From positions 95,482,001 through 95,546,000 of the forward strand of contig NC_087472.1 in the NCBI RefSeq assembly GCF_036321535.1: 64,000 bases of DNA. The letters are read 5' to 3'. Both the position numbers and the translations under genes were made by a program. Below the pieces are notes generated by a model. It made no database searches, was not told the origin of the DNA, and saw only the letters and a list, made by a program, of their open reading frames with translations. The stretch comes from Camelus dromedarius. Lineage: Eukaryota. This document shows, piece after piece, positions 25,205-36,440 of this stretch. How positions within the stretch are numbered: the stretch's first letter is position 1; every line of letters begins with the position of its first letter.

Positions 25205-25590
25205 TATCTTCACCTTTTCCTTTCACTTAAAAACTTTTCTCTGGCATTTTTCATGTCAGTACTTATGGTGCTGTCTTAGTCCTAATACGGTATTCCATTC
25301 CCAATCTGGGCCATGATTTGTTTAACCAGTCCCTCATTAATGAACCTTCAGGTTGTTTCTGTTTGTATCACAAATAATACTGCAAAGAACAACCCTTCAA
25401 ATCAATCTTTGTGTACGTGTGCAAATACATCCACAGAACAAATTCCTAGCAATGGCAATGCTAGGTCAAAAGTCATGTACTTTTTAAATGTTTTCTATAT
25501 ATTGCCCAATGGGCCTACAAACAGGCCCTTTGTACTCTCCAACCACTTATGAGAATAACTACATGTTCACATTGCTAACACTTTCTTATT
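25205..25590 (-). mobile_element. Old L1ME-type 3' fragment
   Basis: gtattccatt..ccatgatttgtttaaccagtccc..caaataatactgcaa..aaattcctagcaatggcaatgctaggtcaaa. Confidence 0.65.
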
Positions 25591-26252
25591 CTTCTATTAT
25601 TTGGGAGACACAAGCTATGTCTCAAATTAAAATGCAAAGTCACACAAGAGCGAGGACACTATCTTTCCTGTCTTGTCTATTCTTTTCCCTTAGACACACA
25701 CAATGCCTGAGAGACAGTTTAACCCATAGGAGCCTTCCAGAATGTGCTGATTTAATGCGTGGTAACACTGGGGAAATGAGAGAGGAGAGTGGATTCTATC
25801 AGCTATCTAGGAAAATTCCATACTCAACACCAGCTTTCTTATTGTCTCCTCACATCTCGTATCTATCCATAGGAGTATTATTTGCCAAGAGTTTCAGAGA
25901 AATGTTCTCACAAAAGATACAGTTTATAAATAAAACTCTTTTAAAATCTCAGAGTTCGAGCATGCATTTTTTTTTATGTCATGGTAGTGCACTAAGTCTT
26001 CAGGTGGTGGCACCTTAGTGGCTTCAGAAGTCTTACCAAGACAAAATTACTCCCCCAAATTTTTAGATGGGGAAATTACTATCAATTAATGCAATTAGGA
26101 TCAATCTGAAAGCTAGCATGAGGTAGCATTTGAATAGTTCAAACCCCAGTAATTCAGAATTGGCAAAAAGTTAAATGGAGCACCAAAAATAGGCCAGAGA
26201 ATTGTCTGTGGGTATTACAGAACATTTCAGCAATACTGGGCACAGTACAGTA

Positions 26253-26282
26253 CTGCTCTACCAATTACACGAGGTGGCAGCT
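26253..26282 (+). promoter_or_regulatory. Predicted CTCF motif with upstream (ZF9-11) module
   Basis: cTGCTCTACC-aatt-ACACGAGGTGGCAGC. The core resembles CCACNAGGTGGCAG and the upstream part resembles the TGCAGTACC U-motif. Confidence 0.55.
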
Positions 26283-26639
26283 AATGGTTTAGGGAGCTAC
26301 GGTATTTGGTGACAAGTTGCAGCACTTAAAATGCCAGCTATTAATTTTGTTGTCTATTATTTATTTTAAATGTTAGTCATAGCATGTCAACTGGACTTCA
26401 GGCTATTAGAAATCCTCTAGATAGTATAATTTCTGTGAAGGGAAAGGTACCTACCAGTTTATCATTTAGTGACATTTGTCATTTCTGAATGATGGGAAGG
26501 GGTGAGATGTTTTGACTCCTATAAGAGCACTTATTTGTGTTCTCCTATTTCCTTCAGGTAGAAAATGCTGCCAGGCAGTCTTCTCTGAGGCATTTCATAT
26601 AGAACCAATGGGATTTCACACATACTACAAGCAAGGGAT

Positions 26640-26749
26640 GGAAATGACATTTTTGAGCACCTCATATGTCCCTGGCACCACGCCAGGCTCTGTATTTGTG
26701 TTATTTCATTGAATTCTTACCATAGCCCTGCCGAATATGTACTATCGTA

Positions 26750-26787
<38 letters not shown>

Positions 26788-26960
26788 GTACTACTGCATA
26801 TATGTATTGTATGTACATGTACTATCATGTACATACAATACATATATATCTATATATATATACACATAACATATATGGAAGTGGACACAGAATTTGAGTA
26901 CCTCACTCAGGGATTCAAAGCTCATTCTCTGCCTCTAAAGTTTCTGTTCTTCCTACTGTA
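26640..26960 (-). mobile_element. MIR SINE interrupted by (TG)n/(TA)n microsatellite
   Basis: acatttttgagcacctcatatgtccctggcac..ttatttcattgaattcttac; (TG)n at about 26752-26784; gggattcaaagctca..tctgcctctaaag. Confidence 0.65.
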
Positions 26961-28454
26961 CTGCACTTTGTCTGCAGCTGTCAAAACTTTGTTTTCAGAT
27001 AAGAGCCTAAGCAAAAAAGAGACCGCGTGTTAATCTCTGGGAATTTTTAGCATTGAAATGAGCCAGCTCTCCCAATCAAGCATGAATGATAAGGAATGAT
27101 GAATGCAAATGTCCGATTTCCAAACAGGCAGAGGCACACTGAGCATCATTCGTCGATGCCAGATTGCTTACACTAACGGAAGAGAGTGGACGTGGAGACA
27201 ATCTGGGAACACAGACCTTTGATAAATTATATTTGACTTTGGACTGCATTTTTTTCTCATTTGAATTTTTATAAATAGTAAATTATCACTGCCTTATTAT
27301 TATCAGATCTTATTCCTAGACTTAAGCTTCCAAAATATTTGTTAAAGGGGAATTTATCCCGCACTGGGCAGACCTGACTCAGAGGCACTGGCTCTGCATT
27401 TCCCACTCCAGCCTCTGCTGGGTTTCTCCTGAAAATGAGTTCATATGCTCAGGCTGACGTCAAAAACCAGTGACAGCAAAATCCTCACATCTCAAAACTC
27501 ATCAGATTTCAGAAAGAGAATACTGCTCCAAAGAACAATCAAGCAAGAACATAAGCAAAGTAACAACCAGATAAAGAAAGGACAAAATGGGAATCAATAC
27601 AAGGAAATGGAGGGGCTGTTGCGGGGCTCAGAGGAGATACTGAACAAGAACTACTTACTTGGTAATAAAATTTAATATATTCCCTATTCGGTTTGTGTTT
27701 AAAAAATAATAAAACACCAAAATATTAAAGGTGAAGACAAAGAATTCCAAAGGGAAAATTTTCCACAAAACCACAAAGCAGATAATTGAGGGTTTGACTA
27801 TACAACTACAAAAACTGGTAGCAAGTCAAAGATTTCAGAGTCTGGTGTCCTAGACTCAGTTCTCTGATCCATGCTTCTTAGGAACACAGATGCAATTTAT
27901 GTTCCTCAGGCACTGGAATTATTTTAACCAAAGATAAAAGAACAATCCTATATTTAAATTGCCTGGTTTTTCTAGGCTGCCATCTCAGCCTCTTAAACTT
28001 TTTGCTTTTAAATCTGTATATAATAATAGAAAACTAAAACAAAGAGAACTTTAAGTATAGATACAAACTTCAGTGCCAATATGGGTCAAGTCAGCCATAT
28101 TTTCTTCATTCATGCCTAATTTATTCCTTTATAAATAGAATGCGTTTATCAACTCAGCTGCTATTACTGACACAATTAAATAGTAATTTCTAGTGAGCAA
28201 ACGGCTTTGAAAGAAAGAACATATTTGTTGAGGACTTACCATGAACGTGGCAGTCTAAAAGGACTTTATATCCATGATTTGCTTCAGTACTGAACACAGC
28301 TCTGTGAGGACAGCATGGATATCTGCCACTGTAGGGATGGGGAAGCCGAGTCTGGAAGAAGTACCATGTTCCAGTGATAGAACCAGCAAATGACCACCTG
28401 GGCTCTTTCTGAACCACACAGCCTCTTCTCCATAAGTTCAGGAGAACTGAGAAG

Positions 28455-28650
28455 CATCAGTAGAGAGTGAGAGACGTGGGTTTCAGCCCCTAGTCCATCA
28501 CTTCATAGTGCGCTGACCTTTAGGAAGACAATTCACCTGACTTCATTTTCTTATCTGTAAAATGGGAAAAATAATGAATCTAAATCTTAGGGTGGATGCA
28601 TAAGTTAAATGAGTAAGTGCTTAGGATATGCCAGTTAATGTTATATTATT
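28455..28650 (+). mobile_element. MIR SINE
   Basis: gagacgtgggtttcagcccc..tgaccttt..cttcattttcttatctgtaaaatggga (MIR core). Confidence 0.7.
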
Positions 28651-29017
28651 AATTTTGAAAAAGAATTGTCACTTATTAAATACAAAAAGTATATGTCACC
28701 AATTAAATACAAAAAAAAATTCAGTAAAATGAAGCAGGAACCATCATATGGAGAAATAAAGAAACACGGGAACAAGAGGAGTCAATACAGTTGTGTTAAT
28801 TGAGATTATAAGCCTTCCAGTGGCTAAAGCAACATATCCTACGACTCTCTTTCTCCAAGAACAGATGCTACATCAGTTTCTTAGTGAACACAAAGGGTTT
28901 TCAGGATGGAGGAAGTCAAACAGGGCACTATATAGAGGAAATGGTGTCAAATCACAGGCTCTATAAAACCAGCTTCACAGAAAAGCCTGAAGCGGGCAGA
29001 TAACAAGAGTTGTTCCT

Positions 29018-30175
29018 GTGCACTCTACCCAGGTACTAGAAATAAAAGCAAAACTAAACAAATGGGACCAAATTCAACTTATAAGCTTTTGCACAGCAAA
29101 GGAAACCGTAAGCAAAACAAAAAGACAACCTACGGAATGGGAGAAAAGTTTTGCAAATGATGCGACAAGGGCTTCATTTCCAAAATATATAAACAGCTCT
29201 TACAATTTAATAACAACAACAACAACAACAATAACAAAATACAAAAATGGGCAGAAGACCTAAACAAGCAATTCTCCAATGAAGACATACAAATGGCCAA
29301 TAGGCCCATGAAAAGTGTTCAATATTGCTAATTATCAGAGAAATGCAAATCAAAACTACAGTGAGGTATCACCTCACACCAGTCAGAATGGCCATCATTC
29401 AAAAGTCCACAAATGACGAATGCTGGAGATGCTGTGGAGAAAAGGGAACCCTCCTACACTGCTGGTGGGAATGCAGTTTGGTGCAGCCATTATGAAAAAC
29501 AGTATGGAGATTCCTCAAAAGACTAAAAAGAGACTTACCTTATGATCCAGCAATCCTACTCCTGGGCATATATCCCAGGAGGGAACTCTAATTTGAAAAG
29601 ATACACGCACCCCAACGTTCACAGCAGCACTATTTACAACAGCCAAGACATGGAAATAGCTTAAATATCCATAAACAGATGATTGGATAAAGATGCTGTG
29701 CTACATTTATATAATGGAATACTACTCAGCCATAAAAAGAATAAAATAATGCCATTTGCAGCAACATGGATGGACCTAGAGATCATCATTCTAAGTGATG
29801 TAAGCCAGAAAGAGAAAGAAAAAAATCATATGTTATCACTTATATGTGGAATCTTAGAGAGAAAAAAAAGACCCAAATGAACTTATTTATGAAACAGAAA
29901 CAGACTCACAGACATAGAAAACAAACTCATGGCTACTAGGGGCTAAAGAAGGTGGGAAAGGATAAAATGGGAGTTGGAGAGTTGCAGATACTAAATACTA
30001 TATATATAATAGATAAACAACAACTTTCTACTATATAGCACAGGGGACTATATTCATTATCTTGTAGTAACGTATAATGGGAAAGAATATGAAAAGGAAT
30101 ATATATATATATATATATAACTAAAACATTATGCTGTACACCAGAAATTGATACAACATTGTTAAAAAAAAAAAA
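29018..30175 (+). mobile_element. 5'-truncated L1 (ORF2 C-terminus, frameshifted, + 3'UTR)
   Basis: ORF track gives KWDQIQLISFCTAKETVSKTKRQPTEWEK and PFAATWMDLEIIILS (L1 ORF2). Perfect 13-bp TSD aagagttgttcct at 29005-29017 and 30176-30188. Confidence 0.95.
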
Positions 30176-30307
30176 AAGAGTTGTTCCTTGTGGCAGTCCT
30201 CAGTGAAAGATAAAGTCCTATTAGTGAACTGGAATTCTGGGGTGGAGGCTCAGCACAGGGTTAAGATGGTGTGACTCCGGTGTTTAGACTCTCTACGGGC
30301 TCTACCC

Positions 30308-30487
30308 CAGTGGTTCTCAAAGGGCTATCCCCAGCATTAATATCACCTGAGGACTTATTAAAATGTAAATTCCCGGGCCCCACCCCAAACTTACTGAGTC
30401 GAAATTTTCAGGAAAGAGCCCTGGAATCTGTGCTTTCACAAGCCCTCCAGGTGATCTGGATGCTGGCTCAGGTGTCAGAATCATTTT
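30308..30487. mobile_element. MER5A-like hAT-Charlie fossil
   Basis: cagtggttctcaaa...atcacctgagga.cttattaaaatg.aaattcccgggccccacccc..ctgagtc..aagccctccaggtgat. Confidence 0.8.
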
Positions 30488-30789
30488 TCTAACCTGAGTC
30501 AAGAGCCGGTAGGACCTGAAACACCTCAGAGAAGTGATAGCAGTGGTAGATGAAATTTTCAGAGCCTATAGTTCTAGCCAGCTCCCAAAGACCAAGAACA
30601 CTGCCCTAAAGGAGGGTCCTGCTCTAAGAAATATAGCTACTCATTTCGCCTACCAGGATGTTACCTGCAAAACACTCATCTCTAAGTTTACTGGTTAAAG
30701 GAATCTGTCAAATGCACTTAAGATATTGATCACTTTAAGATTAGAATGTTTGCCGACCATAATGATTTTTTATTATAGTTAAAATTAAA

Positions 30790-31345
30790 TCTTTCCTCCC
30801 TACTCTGTAACTGTGGACTACACATAGTGACTTCCTTCCAGAGAACACAGTACAGAAGAGAGTAGAATGAGTAACTTTACAGTGAAGAAATGAAAATAGC
30901 CCTTTACCTCTGTGGTCTTCTTCCCAAGATTCCATAAGCTTAGTCTGTCCAAGAGAAAAACATCAGACACAACCCAAGTGAGGGACATTCTACAAAATAT
31001 CTGACCAGTATTTCTCAAAACTTCAAGGTCAGCAAAACCAAGAAAATTCTGAGAAACTATCACAGTGTAGAGGAGACATGACAACCAAATGGAGTGTAGT
31101 GTCCTGGATGGGATCTTGGAACATAAAAAGGATATTAGGGGGGAGAAAATGAAAAAAAAAAAAAAACTAAGGAAATCTGAATAAAAAGTGGACTGTAGTT
31201 AATACTAACATACGAATACTTGTTTATCCATTGTGCACAGTGCACCACAACAATGTAAGATGTGACAGAAAGGGGAAACTGGTGTGGAGGATATCTTTGT
31301 ACCATCATTACAACATTTCTGTAAAAAGAAATCCAAAGTTTCTTT
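30790..31345 (+). mobile_element. Old L1MC/MD-type 3' UTR
   Basis: catagtgacttccttcca..aacccaagtgagggacattctacaaaa..tcctggatgggatcttggaac. Related to 61390-62060. Confidence 0.7.
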
Positions 31346-32519
31346 TAAAAATTCAGTCTTTCCTCCTCATAACGAGCAGATATCCAAACCATTTGCATGC
31401 CAAGTCTTCTCCTTAATCATAAAAATAGATCCATGGAAAAATCCATATTTCAACCAAAAACACTGGTTGCTCTTTCTACAAACTCAGAAGCATTCTTACT
31501 GTTTTAACAGCTTCCATACTTCCTAATTTGCATCCTTCTTGTCCCTAAAAATATTATATAACAAGACTGCAAGGTTTTCATACTGTTTCTCCCTTTTTTC
31601 TCTTTAGCTGGACATGAATCTTCACCTTTTTCTATGTGAATGACTTGCTGCCTGTTTTTCCACATCTGCTTAAGTGAACAATGCTGTAAGCGTCAGTTAA
31701 CTGCATCTTAAATCTCCATAGTCAATTTCCTTATCCTGGATCCTTTTATTTAATGAACTGAAATGATTCTATGAAACATGAAGCATTCAGCTTTCCTTTA
31801 ATTATCTTGAGAACTCTAGAAGAGAACTGGGACCACTTTGTTTCAGCTGACCTTAGACTGAGGTGGCAAGTCATCCTCCAGCTGTTTTTGATATTTTGTA
31901 GAAGCAGCTATAAAAGGAAACAAAACAATCAAGAATTTCACAGTCATTTGGCAAAGTCAAATGTGAGTGGGGAATTGGACACAGTTTATTAAATAAGAAA
32001 CAAAAATAAAAGCCATTTCTGCAGTGCTTGGCTCCAAATTAACAACAACCAAAAAATGGTGCAAAGAAGAAGCAAAAAGGAATGACAGGCTGACTCAAGG
32101 CGGGGAAATTCTACTCTAAGTAAAAACCAGAGATTTTTATCACAGCACACCTAGTAATAAAATAGAACCAGCTTTAGGTGTTTATTCCACCACTAGAGAC
32201 AGAACGAGATAATGTCAAAATAAACCAACTGCTTCCTCTCATCCAGGAAAAGACATTAGTAAGATTCAGAAGTTCATTTCTTTATGGAGAGCGGCATAAC
32301 TTTAGACTTCTGGTTAGTTCTCTGAGTATCTAGCCAAGCAGCTGAGGAAGTTTTAAAAGTTTTACTCCAGTGGAAAGGCTATCAGACTGATTTAGGAGAT
32401 GCGGCTCTACCTCTAATCTACTTGTGAATGTAGGCAAATCCCTAATGAAAAAGAGTTTGCTTTCTCCTTCATTAAAAAAAAAAAATCATGGGACACTTGA
32501 ACAGGAGCTCACAGTTCCT

Positions 32520-32960
32520 AACATACTTTTTGTATACAGTATCATTTGATCCTGACAATAAAGCAAAACAATTAACAGGGCAGGAATTATCTTGCTTTCA
32601 CAGATGAGGAAATACAGGTTAAAGAATTTATGGGTGGGGGAGGGATAAATTAGGAGTTTGGGGTTAACTTATACATATTACTATATATAAAAATAAACAA
32701 GGACCTACAATACAGCACAGGGAGCTATATTCAATTTCTTGTAATAACATATAATGGAAAAGAATCTGAAAAAATATATATGTATGTATATGTATAACTG
32801 AATCACTTTGCTGTAGACCTGAAACTAACACTGTAAATCAACTACACTTCAATAAAAAACAAAATTTAAAAAAGAATTTATGGCAGTTGAGTTGGGTCTC
32901 ACAGTGAGGAACTGGAACACAGGAACTCAACCTCAGGTTTTCTGACTTCAGTTCTCTGCT
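32520..32960 (-). mobile_element. MIR SINE split by an L1 insertion
   Basis: tcatttgatcctgacaa..tttcacagatgaggaaatacaggtt | ..cacagtgag..caggaactcaacctcaggttttctgacttc. Confidence 0.65.
32634..32870 (+). mobile_element. L1 3' UTR fragment
   Basis: L1 3'UTR plus A tail. Perfect 13-bp TSD aaagaatttatgg at 32621-32633 and 32871-32883. Confidence 0.92.
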
Positions 32961-33710
32961 GTTCACACATCACCAAAAAGCTATCTGGAGATGCCTTTCG
33001 GCTTTAAAATTCCATTACCCTTTGACTAAAAAATGGCTTTGAAATTTCAAATTCATAATCTGCCCTCTCCAGCTAAATAAATATGAATGTTCCCACATCT
33101 CTAGCAAAAAAAAAGTCAGTATGTTTTTCTAGTTCAAAATGAGAAAATAGATTGGGGATTTTAAAAGCATAAGAATCAATCATAATTTTAGCATCTTTTA
33201 TAGATTTAAAAGGCTTTGCCTGCTTTAAAAAAAAAGTGGGGCAATTCTTCAAAGGAGCATAGAGATTCTTAATAAAGCTGTAATCTAATCTTGGACCAAT
33301 ATATTATCACAAAATAGCATGAGTCACAACATCCATGAGTTTGTTTTGTTCCTTAGTCTAAAATGTGGTAGGTAATAAATAGCAAGTTCTTACAGAAGGT
33401 TAAAGTAATGAAGAGCAAATAAGCATGTGTTTTTTCCGTAAATCATGATTAAAAACTACAGTAGACAATAGTGCCCCGATTTTGGCATTTCAACTGTGAA
33501 ATGAGAACCTAAGTGATGAAAATTAGTTTATGAAAAGTGAAAGCAAGAGATCTTGGTAAAATTCTGACACTGCCACGTCTCTGTATAATTATCAGTTTTA
33601 CCTTTAGTGATTTCAGTTTATGTTTAGGGGTAATCTAAAAAAGAATTTTAAATATTACCTCAGAAATTACAATGAGAGAGAGGCTGGCCTTTAAAATACT
33701 AGATTTATCT

Positions 33711-34356
33711 CAGTATCTGGAAGAGATATCTCTCATATTCACTGCAGCATCATTCACAACAGTCCAGTTATGGAAACAGTCTAAATGTCTATCAACAGAT
33801 GAATGGATAGAGAAAATTTGGTGTATATATACCATGGAATATTATGCATTCTTTAAAAAGAAGGAAATTCAGCCATTTGCAGCAACACAGAGGAACCTGG
33901 AGGACATTATGCCAAGTGAAGTAAGCCAGACAGAGGAAGACAAATACTACATGATCTTACTTACATGTGGAATCTAAAAAGTTGAACTCATGAAAGCAGA
34001 ATGTAGAATGGTGGTTGCCAGGGGCTAGGGGTGGGATGGATGAAATGGGGAGATGCTGGTCAAAGGGTACAAAGTTTCGATTATGCAGGATGAATAAACC
34101 CCAGAGATCTGATGTGCAGTGTAGTGACTAGAGTTAATAGTATTGTAATGTATATGTGAAATTTGCCAAAGAGAATAGATCTTAAGTGTTCTTATCACAT
34201 ACAAGAAAACTGGTAACTATATGAGTTGATCAATATGTTAATCAGCTTGACTGTGATGATCATTTCACAACATATACATATATCAAAACATAACTTTAAA
34301 CATCACCTTAAATATATACAATTTTATTTGTTAACTAGACCTCATTAAAGCTAGAG
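33711..34356 (+). mobile_element. L1MA9-like L1 3' end
   Basis: ORF track 33672-33977 gives WKQSKCLSTDEWIEKIWCIYTMEYY..PFAAT..LEDIM (ORF2). 3'UTR ends cctcattaaagctagagaaaa. TSD aaaata(c/t)tagattt(a/c)tct at 33693-33710 and 34357-34374. Confidence 0.85.
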
Positions 34357-35348
34357 AAAATATTAGATTTCTCTTATAATAACCACAAATTTGAAAAACC
34401 AAAATTATTTCACTAGTCCTAGAGAAGATACATGCACACACATACACACAACCACCTTTGTTTTCGAATCCTATTAAAAACACAGGAGAAATAAAACAAT
34501 ACAAATAAATCTATAGTTGTGCTAGAAAGCTGAGAAAGGGACTCATCAGAGAACCAGAGCAGTGAGGAAATCCTGAAAGACATAAAGCAAGTCAAATTGA
34601 CAGAAAATTTCAACACTGTTGAATCTGTCAACCTGTCAAGACAAAAGGGGGCAAAATGCAGGAAAATGTGAATTTTCCCAGAAGCCTGAAATAATCCCAA
34701 AACAAGAGTCATGGAGGCTGAGAAAAGGAATAGACAGTAAGTAAAGAGTCAAGTGATTAAAGGAATGCAAACTGGAATCAACTGGACTGCTCCTCTCACC
34801 ACTGAACCATGGCTGCGGTATTTGCTGCAGACTCTAAAGCGTTCAGAACAACTCTGCACGTAACAATGGAGTTTCGACAAGTACTCTCAGAATGTCCCTC
34901 CTGCTGGGAGAAGCAGGACAGTGCCTTCAGTCGTACGTGGCCACTATGAGGGAAGGGAAGCCTCCACACCCAAGACACAAGCTATCCACACCCCCTAAAT
35001 GAAAGGGCGCACAGCCACACAGCTTCTCCCCTCAACACCCCCAACTAAGTGCTGGATTCAGAATCCTTATCATCAAAACATTTCATCATTGCCAAGGATA
35101 CAGGGCTTCTCACCCAGGAGAATGGAAATATGCTTCAACTAATACTGATCAATCAAGACTAACACTGACAGATATGGACAGAAAACCAAGAACCCTCACA
35201 TATTGGAGGGAAATCAACAGAACGAAAGAAAACCACCAGACTCAACAACCAGAAAAATTAACTTCACAAGAAACAGTGTCACTCAGTACAGAAAATAGAA
35301 GAAAAAAAAAATTTAAGTTTTTCAGCCAGATTTATATCCATTCAGAAA

Positions 35349-35764
35349 TGACAGGCTTCTCTAAAAAATGGAGTTCCCTGGGTGAAACCTGAAACCAGCC
35401 CCAGTACAGCGAGGTTGAGGAGAGCTGGAAGAAAGAGGTAGTCCCTTCAGATTGGTAGGTGGCAGCTTTCAGCAACAAGGAACTTACCCACAAGGCTTGT
35501 CTGGGCACCTCAAGATGAGTGGATCTCCACATCTGCCTGCCAGAATCTTGAAAGTTGACAGGGAGGGCTTAATGGGGATCAGTCACATAGTCAGTCCAGA
35601 TGGTCTCAACACATCTGACTCTCCCACAAGGCTGTGTCCCTGAAATGGCTCGGGCTATAGGAGCAGAGAGTAGAAGGTATATTCCAAGGACAGGGAAGAG
35701 AGGAGGAACTTTGGAGAGCCTGGGTCAACCAGTGATCACATCCTCTCCACAACCTCCTCCAACA
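35349..35764. mobile_element. Solo LTR, probably ERVL class, family unresolved
   Basis: TG...CA termini, GC-richer than the flanks, 5-bp TSD agaaa/agaag (4 of 5 match). Inserted in old L1-like sequence. Confidence 0.55.
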
Positions 35765-35779
35765 AGAAGCAACAGAGAA

Positions 35780-36440
35780 CTGGAAAATTTTAAATATCAT
35801 GATCACTTTGAAAAAACTCACTGGATGGGCTGAGGTCAGACTAAAAAGCAGGAAAATCAAATGCAAGGACTCTCCTGGAGTACAAGGCAGAAACATAAAG
35901 CTAAAGAGTATTAGAAAAACTAAAAGCCTTAGAGGGTCAATTCAGTGGCTCCAATATACTGTTCCCAGGGGGTTCAGAAGGAGCAAACAGAGAGAATGGA
36001 CTTGCAAGAATAATCTAATAAATAAGAGAAAATGTTCACAGAGCTGAGGAAAGATGACTCTTGAGTTTGTCAAATCCATCAAGCATCCTGCGGTAATAAT
36101 TGGAGTACTGGGAGGATTTCTGAAGGATGGTAACAGCTTTCTGAGAGGTAAACCAAGTCATTTACCAAGCTGTGAGAATTGGCCTGGCATCACAGTTCTC
36201 ATCCGTAACCAGGGATGCTGAAAGGCAATGAAAAAAAAAAATAAGTCCTTAAATGTTATGAATACATTGCTCATGGAAATGTAAAATGATCCAATGTTTA
36301 CAAGGAGCAACTTGGCAGTAACTATGAAAATTAACAACGCACAGACTCTTTGACCATGCAGCTGCATTCCTAGGAATTTATCCTACAGGTAAATTTGCAC
36401 ACGTATAGAATGGTCTACATAGAAGCACACTGACTGGGGC
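35780..36440 (+). mobile_element. Old L1ME/HAL1-like fragments
   Basis: Degenerate L1 motifs (caacttggcagtaactatgaaaatt..ctttgacc..gc..ttcctaggaatttatcctaca). Confidence 0.5.

Noticed and set aside
25488..26018. 176-aa ORF
   Set aside because: It begins inside an old L1ME-type fragment and has no recognisable domain. Likely a chance ORF.
27084..27151. C/D box snoRNA (ATGATGA at 27096, CTGA at 27139, gaatgat/atcattc stem)
   Set aside because: Only about 47 nt from box C to box D, no clear C'/D' boxes or rRNA guide, and on the strand opposite the inferred host.
35450..35470. CTCF-like GGTAGGTGGCAGC
   Set aside because: It lacks the 5' CCAC/CCAG half of the core and lies inside an LTR.
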